Below, piece by piece: positions 55,528-64,000 of a DNA stretch of 64,000 nt. The position numbers were made by a program, and so were the translations under genes. Position 1 is the first letter of the stretch, and each line of letters starts with the position of its first letter. The notes under the pieces are model-generated. The model searched no databases, was not told the origin of the DNA, and saw only the letters and a program-made list of their open reading frames with translations. This DNA comes from Chara braunii (Eukaryota > Plantae > Charophyceae), in NCBI GenBank assembly GCA_003427395.1, contig BFEA01000029.1:3754366-3818365 (forward strand). Direction: 5' to 3'.

Positions 55528-56682
55528 TGCAATGACTTGCTGATTTTTGTTGCCGAGATTAACAGCGAGGCTGTACACTAACCCGGTAGGTTAGATTCGT
55601 AATTTTGTTTGGCNNNNNNNNNNNNNNNNNNNNNNNNNNNNNNNNNNNNNNNNNNNNNNNNNNNNNNNNNNNNNNNNNNNNNNNNNNNNNNNNNNNNNNN
55701 NNNNNNNNNNNNNNNNNNNNNNNNNNNNNNNNNNNNNNNNNNNNNNNNNNNNNNNNNNNNNNNNNNNNNNNNNNNNNNNNNNNNNNNNNNNNNNNNNNNN
55801 NNNNNNNNNNNNNNNNNNNNNNNNNNNNNNNNNNNNNNNNNNNNNNNNNNNNNNNNNNNNNNNNNNNNNNNNNNNNNNNNNNNNNNNNNNNNNNNNNNNN
55901 NNNNNNNNNNNNNNNNNNNNNNNNNNNNNNNNNNNNNNNNNNNNNNNNNNNNNNNNNNNNNNNNNNNNNNNNNNNNNNNNNNNNNNNNNNNNNNNNNNNN
56001 NNNNNNNNNNNNNNNNNNNNNNNNNNNNNNNNNNNNNNNNNNNNNNNNNNNNNNNNNNNNNNNNNNNNNNNNNNNNNNNNNNNNNNNNNNNNNNNNNNNN
56101 NNNNNNNNNNNNNNNNNNNNNNNNNNNNNNNNNNNNNNNNNNNNNNNNNNNNNNNNNNNNNNNNNNNNNNNNNNNNNNNNNNNNNNNNNNNNNNNNNNNN
56201 NNNNNNNNNNNNNNNNNNNNNNNNNNNNNNNNNNNNNNNNNNNNNNNNNNNNNNNNNNNNNNNNNNNNNNNNNNNNNNNNNNNNNNNNNNNNNNNNNNNN
56301 NNNNNNNNNNNNNNNNNNNNNNNNNNNNNNNNNNNNNNNNNNNNNNNNNNNNNNNNNNNNNNNNNNNNNNNNNNNNNNNNNNNNNNNNNNNNNNNNNNNN
56401 NNNNNNNNNNNNNNNNNNNNNNNNNNNNNNNNNNNNNNNNNNNNNNNNNNNNNNNNNNNNNNNNNNNNNNNNNGATTGGTTGTTGGGAGTTGTGTCAGAG
56501 AGTGAGAAACACTGTGTGTCTTCTCCCCTGCTGTGCATGATTGTCTTCCACTGTTTATCTTCTCCTGTGTGCAGTGTGGACTCTGTCTCCTCTCTCCCCA
56601 TCTCTTGTGCATGTATGGGCATGTATGAGACTGTATGTGTGTGAGTGGCGAGGAAATTCGTCAGACAACCAAGATCATAACA
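55528..56682 (+). repeat. 3' LTR (partly in gap)
   Basis: Matches the 5' LTR at both sequenced ends. Confidence 0.93.
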
Positions 56683-59600
56683 CTTGTATCAGAAAGATGC
56701 AGGCTTACAATTCAGTCCCAGTGCCTGAAAACTGCAGACTCGAGAAACAGCCCCTGGATCAAGACGCCGCAGACTCGCAGGTCCGTTCTTGGACTGGAGG
56801 GTTGCGGATGTGCCCTCACACCAGGAAATCGCAGAGTTACAGACATCCCACCCTCATCAAACAAATGCGAGATTGCGGATTTGCCCCCATGTCAAGAAAA
56901 TTGTCAATGAGTCTTTGCTCTTCAGAAAATTGTAGACGAATCTTTGCTTATTCTGAATATTGCATACCAGTCCAGTTATCACGACATTCTAGACTAGTCC
57001 GTACCTCTTCAGAAAATTGCAGACACTTCGCTATTTATTCAGAATTTTGAAAACCAGTCTCTGCTGATCGCAAACTTCAGAAAATTGCAGACTGTTCTGC
57101 TGACAGCAAAAATTGCAGCTCCGGAGACTTCAGGGAATTGCAGAAAATTGTAGGCCTTCACTTCAGCTTGCTAGGCCCACCCTGCTAATTTATCCATCGA
57201 GAGATGCTGATCACCGGGCCCACTAAGGCGGGCCGATTCATTTGAGTTACTGATATGCCCAGTCCATTTACGCAGACCCTTCCATTTCGAATTGCTGTTG
57301 GCCAGGTCCACTCGGGCAGATCTAAACATTGCTAGGCACACTCAGGCAGACCAAGACATTGCCAGGTACACTCAGGCGGGTTTCTTCATTCTGAGTTGCT
57401 GATTGTCAGGTCCACCCAGGAGGACCCATCTATACTTAGTTGCTGATTATCAGGCAAGGTTTAATACTCTGACATGCCCAGCCGGGTAAGACAGATTTAG
57501 AGGTTCGGGTATGATCATTCGAGACGCTAGTCCTCCATGATCAGAGTGAACGAGCCACCATCATCGCTATACACTATCGTTATCACCTACTGGGTGAAGG
57601 TCGCAGAGTGAGGGACGAAAGGAGAAACCTTTTACATGATCACTGTCTTCATTTTCCACAGGGAGAGCCATTTGAGGGCACACTGGTTGCACATCGTCTT
57701 CCCTGACATCCGTTTTGCTTCTCGGGGTGTGCTGTTTGATTTCGAGAGTTGCAACCCCAAATTGTCCAGTCCCAGTTTGGCAGCAAGACAAAGGTGAGCC
57801 AGACGAAAGGCTAAGGAAATCTGCAAGAGGATAGTGGACGCAGGATTGTCTGTGACCACTAGTGCAGACCGACCAAAGACCGAGCAGGCCGACCTCGACC
57901 CGTGCAGCGTCAATGACTTGAATCGGTGACTATTTCAGTTTGGACAACCACTGGGATTGAGAAGTTGGATTGAGGATGACACAGGAGAAGGAGGTCATTT
58001 CTTCAATGGATTGGGTAATTGGTTGGGCGATACTTACTGAACAGTGAGTGGCTGCACTCCTATATCTCTTAGTGGAAGAGGCCGAAGGATGTTGTGGGGA
58101 CCAGCTCTATACTTGAGAGATCGATACAGCACCTTGATTGCTCAGAGTTGTCATTTCGGCGTTTCGACGGATCCTCGGTGGCGGCTGGTTACTTGATTCT
58201 TCTACGACTACTTCCGTTGATGCGGACGCATTGAGGTCATGATTGCAATGACTAGGGAGATCTCTTTGGCTGGGGAACTATGCCCCAGGAGCTTGTCCGA
58301 GGTGGAGATAGCACGATAATACAATTATCTTATTACAGGTTGATCTCCTCAGGACAGTTGGTCTTGGCCGGCAGCGTATTATCTTGTTTACTTACCCACT
58401 CTCTAGACTCAATTTAATTTATATATGAAGAGAGAAAGAAGAAAGTTCATCTCTCATTTCTCAATCACAAGAGATGAAGATAAAGCCCAAAAAAAGTTTG
58501 AATTTGAGCCTCATAATCTTGCTATGTGCCGGAACACCGCGGAAGGTATGAAGTACGAAGTCCTTCACCGCTTAGATTTCTAAGCGAATGCCATACATTG
58601 GGACAAGTAGACACTCTTTCTTTTCCTTTCTTTTCTTTTCTTCGAGCCTGAATCGGACTAAGATAGAGTCCTTTTAAATCTGATAAAGGTTTAAAGACGT
58701 GAGTTGGGTTGTATAGGCTCAAAAAAATTTTCACCATGTGCGGGAACGTGCTATGGCTTTCGGCCTTTCGTTTTGTGTGACTATCAACAGAAAACCACAA
58801 AAAAGTATAGCCACTCGCCCTAGCCGACCACTACCACAAACATTAGTTTGGCTCTTCTCGAGTAAATGGCTACAGAGTTCCGAAGGCGGAATCCCATATG
58901 GCGGGACTCATATACAAGGGTCTTCCCCTGTTATTTTGAAATGAGAGTGCGCCTTTGACACCGAGGTGTACATTCCTTGACATATTATAATGATCCTCAG
59001 TGACTGCAACCTTCCAACGATTTCTCTCAGCATCTACCTCTTATTATCAGTCGTTCTTGCGTCGTTGATCTTGTTTTTGCAAATTTTGTCTTTTGGTCCA
59101 TTCGTTCTACATTTGTCCTTTGTCTTCTGAAATACAGTTTGATAAAAGGAAAATAACAATAACATCGATATATTCATTTACCCACATCACACTGAAACTT
59201 GCTCAAGGACCCCTTAGGAACGGGACCTTACAGACTTTGAGTCTGGCCTTTACATGGAGTCAATACAGGTGATTCAATTGAACGCATCGCTCTGAGTCGT
59301 CTCGCTGCTTGCAGAAAGGGTTACCATCTTGCTTGACTCGACACCCTTCACGTTGCAAAAAGTGATTGGGGGTGGCCAAGGCACATTTACCTTACATTCT
59401 ATTGGTTCTTTTAGTAATTCAACAAAACCCCGTGTGACAGTCTGCCATTCCACAAACCCGTTGCGTCGAGTCCGCGGAGAGGAATCAAACCGAGTTTTGG
59501 AAGCAACAGGGGCGAGATAAAATGACGCCCTAAAATTTCGAGTTTCTAGGAAGGGACCCTGATCACAACATCCTGTATCAAAACAATACTCTAGTAGAGT

Positions 59601-61557
59601 TTATCATAAGGTATAGCTTTGATTAGGGTGGCTCATAGCATAAAATACTATGAATGAAGGGACCTCTTATAAAATTCAGTCTGGTATGATTCAAGCTTAT
59701 GAGCAAGGACTTGGAGCCTATTGCAAGGCCCGATTGCTCACTAAGTCAGTAGAGAAGACCTTCTAAAAGTCAAATAACATTTAAGGATCATAATATCTTA
59801 GAAGCCGTAACTCCAATTACCAGTGTTGGAGTTTTTTATTATGTCATTGTAAAGCGTACAACTTGTGACAAAGGCACGACAACTGTTCACGTGCTTGTAA
59901 CTAGGTTTCTTAATAAAGGGGAATACAACACAAGACATTATATATGAACGTGTTGATTAGAAGCCAAACTATCTTGTTTGTTGGAGTATCATTGTAAGTT
60001 ATATCGAACAAGAGAGGACTTTATTGAAACAACAACAAAAAAAAACTAGCTCGAGTTTGGTACCTAAGGTATATAGGAGAATTATAAGCCTGACAATTCG
60101 AAGGGATTTTTCGATGGGAAGGATTGTTTGTCTATCATCAATGCTACGCTAAGGAGACAGAACTGACAGACAAGTATTGGTGAACATGATATTTTTGTGA
60201 TACAAGTCAGCCAAGGGAGGAGTGGAATCTGAGTGTTGAAGATCGAGGTTTGGAAAAAAAAATAGCCCACGTGAGACAGAGGTCGAGGGATTGTTGAAGA
60301 CCTTGAAATCCTTCACTCGGGCATAGGTGTTTCCCTATGAAAAAGGGAAGTAGGAACTGATAAAGAGCGGTTGGGAGCGAGGGTGATTGTATGCTCTAAC
60401 ACTCCGATTCGTTGAATTGGACGAATATGATGTAATGATATATTTGCGCAAAGAGCAAAAGAGAACTTTACCGGAGGCGCTGGAAGTGGACAATTGATTT
60501 CCTGTGGCGAGAGAAGGAGAGGATCGAAAAGAAAGGGAAAAATATATTTGAAGCACCTATGCCACCACTTCCAAAGGACTGCCGAGTCCACCCTTGCCCG
60601 ACTTCAAGTTAGTGAAGAACGACTGGCACCCAGGTGGACTTCTCGTTGCGAGTAAAAGGGTCTTATGGTTGTTAGTTTTCTATAATGACGATAGCAACAA
60701 GGACGACTGAGGCTTTGACAAAGATCATGATAGGTGGTGTTTTGCCTTACGCGATTGAATTGGGTGTGACCTGTGAGCATGATTCGATGACGCTATCTCC
60801 TTATGGTCACGTTCTTAAAGAAAAACGACTATGATGTGAGGGTGTATGTATCCGCTAAGACGAGGAGAGGAATCGACTATGTTGCCTGTTAGGTAGCAAA
60901 AACCGATTATATACTGAAAAAGAGACAATTATTGAAACAATAAGAGAAAAATGTGATGTAGTATATTTTGCCCAAGGACTTAGAAAGATTCCTAAGTCCC
61001 CCGGTGCTAAGTAGTTTCTCTGACGAAAAAGATTGAAGACCGATCTTGAATGTCGTTCTGAGGAACCAAGTGTGATGAACAACACCGAGTTTCAAATGTC
61101 GACAAACATCTGTCTTTTTGGCGCTAGGGAGAACTCTTGTTTCAAGATATATCTAGACGAGCTATGGGTTACTATGATCGGTGTTGTAAGAGGTTGCAAA
61201 TCCTAACTCAGACGAAATGACGAGCTTGAGATGGTCAAGTATTATGAGGGCAACACCATTCGAGGTGATCACTAATTAAACTTGGATTGGGCATAAGAGC
61301 TTTGGTGGTAATAGGGTGATGGTCATAATCCGCAATTGAAACTTTTAGGAATACATGTACCCAACCTAATCACACCCTATTTGAAAACCAACCACCCATA
61401 CCCATTGTATACCTGGCCTACCAGACCTTTACCAATCCCTACCTTCTCCAAAAGAAAAAAATGTGTAGTATTGTGTACCTATACTATATATTACAATCTA
61501 GCTATGCATTTGTGCTTCATAAATTAGTTGAACCAAATCGTACCTTTTCTCAATTAT

Positions 61558-62080
61558 TGTTGGTCGTAAATAGAGAATGTACATATAAAAATAACTACCA
61601 ACCAAACATGGGTGCATGCAACCTTTATGACATTTAGTTAATTACATCTATTTCTTTAATTACTATGAAGTTTTGTCTTCGCTGGAAACTTACACGCACA
61701 TGCTTAGTGTCATTGATTTGTAGTAAAAAATAACTAAATGAGAAATAGAGGCACACGCTTAGTATCACTGATTAGTAGCAAAAATTAACTAAATGTTGGT
61801 GGTAAATAGAGAATGCACATATAAAAATAACCACGAACTAAATGTTGTTGGAAACTTACACACACACGCTTAGTGTTATTGATTAGTAGCAACAAATAAC
61901 TAAATGTTGGTGGTAAATAAAGAATGTACATATAAAAATAACCACCAACCAAGCACGGGTGCATGCAACCTTTATGGCATTTACTTAGTTATATGTATTT
62001 TTTTAATTACTATGAAGTTTCATCCTCGCTAGAAACTTACAGGCACAGACTTAGTATCATTGATTAGTAGAAAAAAATAA
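61558..62080 (+). repeat. AT-rich complex tandem repeat (GTTGGTGGTAAATAGAGAATGYACATATAAAAATAAC and GGAAACTTACA..CACRCTTAGT..TGATTAGTAG modules)
   Basis: Modules recur three to four times; 61560-61730 is duplicated at about 61907-62078. Confidence 0.82.
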
Positions 62081-62789
62081 AGGAGACTAATGCAAGCAAA
62101 AAAAAAAATCAGAAAAAGAAAAGCAACAACAAGCAGTATTTCACAATCCATTGTTTTATACAAAATTCATGTTTTACGTGTTTTACAATGATACATGACT
62201 TACACAAAGCGTATGCAGCCCCGATAGTCGAGACACTTGATTGGTTTCAGAGGAAGCACTTCTCTACAAAATGTTTAGGTTAAGAAAACAGGGAGGCCGA
62301 GAAGGTAAGATTATTGAGAAAGTTTGGTTATTAGGGAACCAGTCAAAAAGGGGGGTGGGTGGGGGGGAGAGATTATGGTATATTCTTCGTAAAGAGGAAG
62401 TCATCAACGCCCGTGTTTCAGGGTCCTTGGTTATAATAGAGGGGAGTGTGACGTGAACTCATAAGTAAGAAACACTGGACACGGTTTCCAGCAGATAATA
62501 CAGTTCAGTTTTTTGTTAGAATAAAAAAAAACCGAAAAATGAGACTTTATGGAGGGCAAGTGATGTCCTAAAACCATGTTACTCTCTTCATCTGATCGCA
62601 CTTGGAATTGAACTTGGGTCTGTGTTTCAACAATTCATGGGTCTACCAAGCTAGATGCAAAGCTTCGGTCCAACACGGAACAACAAGATTCACATGATAC
62701 AAGCACACACAAAACTTAATTACAACTTGAAAAGATACACAGGTTCTTCAAGATTGTGATTATGGCCCCCAACAACAATGAAAGCAGAC

Positions 62790-62792
<3 letters not shown>

Positions 62793-62832
<40 letters not shown>
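62793..62832 (+). repeat. (CT)n microsatellite
   Basis: Direct reading. Confidence 0.93.
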
Positions 62833-62835
<3 letters not shown>

Positions 62836-63364
62836 CTATTATTAACAACGCCCAGGTCCTACTTGTTTGACACTTTTCAAGCTCCAAGATCTTGGTGCCC
62901 AAGCAACAACGCAGCGCTTCCGCATCTGACAGAATCGAAGAATATGAGATTCCTGATATTCGCCTTGTAAGACTTTGCTTAATAAATTGTTCATCTTGTT
63001 GACATGATGATGACAACAGCAGTAATGGCTACCTGTGAAACTCGTGAATCCCCCTCCATGCTTGCTCATTGATGTGAGAGTATGTGTGGAGCAGTCACCC
63101 ATCCTCCTTTGGATCTTGGTATTGTCATCTCACTCTAAGTCGTTGGCTTGGTCTCCCCCACCTACCGGTTCTAAGTTCAGCCTGATCAACGATGCGGTCG
63201 ATGTCATATCCACCATCCATATTGGGCGGCACCTCTATGTGAGGGAATTTTAGGAAAAGGATTGTCCCAAATTAGTAGGCAGCTTTGAAGCATGGAAGAC
63301 TGGACAAGAACGAAGATGCAAAGGAAACCCAACTGTATAAGATGTACCGTCAGTGTGTTGTCTA

Positions 63365-63846
63365 TACACTGTGAACTTTGACGGTGTGCGGTGTTTGTTC
63401 CTTGGACTTCACCGATACTAAATCACACTGCGAACTTTGACGATGTGCGGTGTTTGTTAGCTTGCTCTACCATCTTGAATTGTGCATGCCTGATATTCTC
63501 AGTAACTTGTTGNNNNNNNNNNNNNNNNNNNNNNNNNNNNNNNNNNNNNNNNNNNNNNNNNNNNNNNNNNNNNNNNNNNNNNNNNNNNNNNNNNNNNNNN
63601 NNNNNNNNNNNNNNNNNNNNNNNNNNNNNNNNNNNNNNNNNNNNNNNNNNNNNNNNNNNNNNNNNNNNNNNNNNNNNNNNNNNNNNNNNNNNNNNNNNNN
63701 NNNNNNNNNNNNNNNNNCCTCGTACTTCAGTACAAACTCACGAGTGAATCAGGTTCTTGAATTGTGCATGCTTGATATTCTCGGTAACTTCAAGTTGTTG
63801 TTGGTCTTCCTCGTACTTCAGTATAAACTCACGAGTGAATCAGGTT
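63365..63846 (+). repeat. Tandem repeats around an assembly gap
   Basis: CACTGYGAACTTTGACGRTGTGCGGTGTTTGTT x2, TCTTGAATTGTGCATGCYTGATATTCTCRGTAACTT x2, CCTCGTACTTCAGTAYAAACTCACGAGTGAATCAGGTTC x2. Confidence 0.82.
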
Positions 63847-64000
63847 CCGGTTTAGTCCATCTATAGACCTCCATGGCTTCTACTTCTTGTGCAATTCATT
63901 TGGTGTTCTATTAATCGACAAATGCATAGAGTTATGCACAGGCTACCTGAGGGAGGTGCTCGTTCCAATCTACTTGATCTGGTCTAATGTACATACCCAG

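Larger units (their letters stand above)
47566..56682 (+). mobile_element. Ty3/gypsy LTR retrotransposon, chromovirus type, near-complete but disabled
   Basis: Two LTRs TGCAA...TAACA, CTTG target duplication (47562-47565 and 56683-56686), PBS, PPT, and gag-PR-RT-RH-INT-chromodomain order. Confidence 0.96.

Overview
Eukaryotic, repeat-rich, gapped plant-lineage genomic window. Very long introns and the TE repertoire suggest a streptophyte alga such as Chara, but that is inference. The first 19 kb hold one spliced + strand gene for a group-G bZIP (G-box binding factor, GBF-like). I reconstruct 9 exons from 1136 to 18737, about 430 aa. Its introns contain microsatellites, two 105-bp TA-flanked MITEs and local duplications. 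The rest is nested transposons: a full-length decayed L1/Tx1-type LINE (25950-36711, - strand, 16-bp TSD); a ~6.4-kb non-autonomous Mutator-like element (39134-45548); a decayed LINE 3' fragment; and a near-complete Ty3/gypsy chromovirus (47566-56682) with tRNA-iMet PBS, 4-bp TSD and an A-AAA-AAC -1 frameshift signal. The most unusual signal is a family of type III hammerhead ribozyme motifs. Two sit in ~200-bp direct repeats (24513-24703 and 36910-37116) that bracket a non-coding unit later invaded by the LINE, a retrozyme-like or non-autonomous Penelope-like architecture. A third, with compensatory stem changes, lies in sense orientation inside GBF intron 6 (13411-13459). All three copies carry apparent inactivating lesions.
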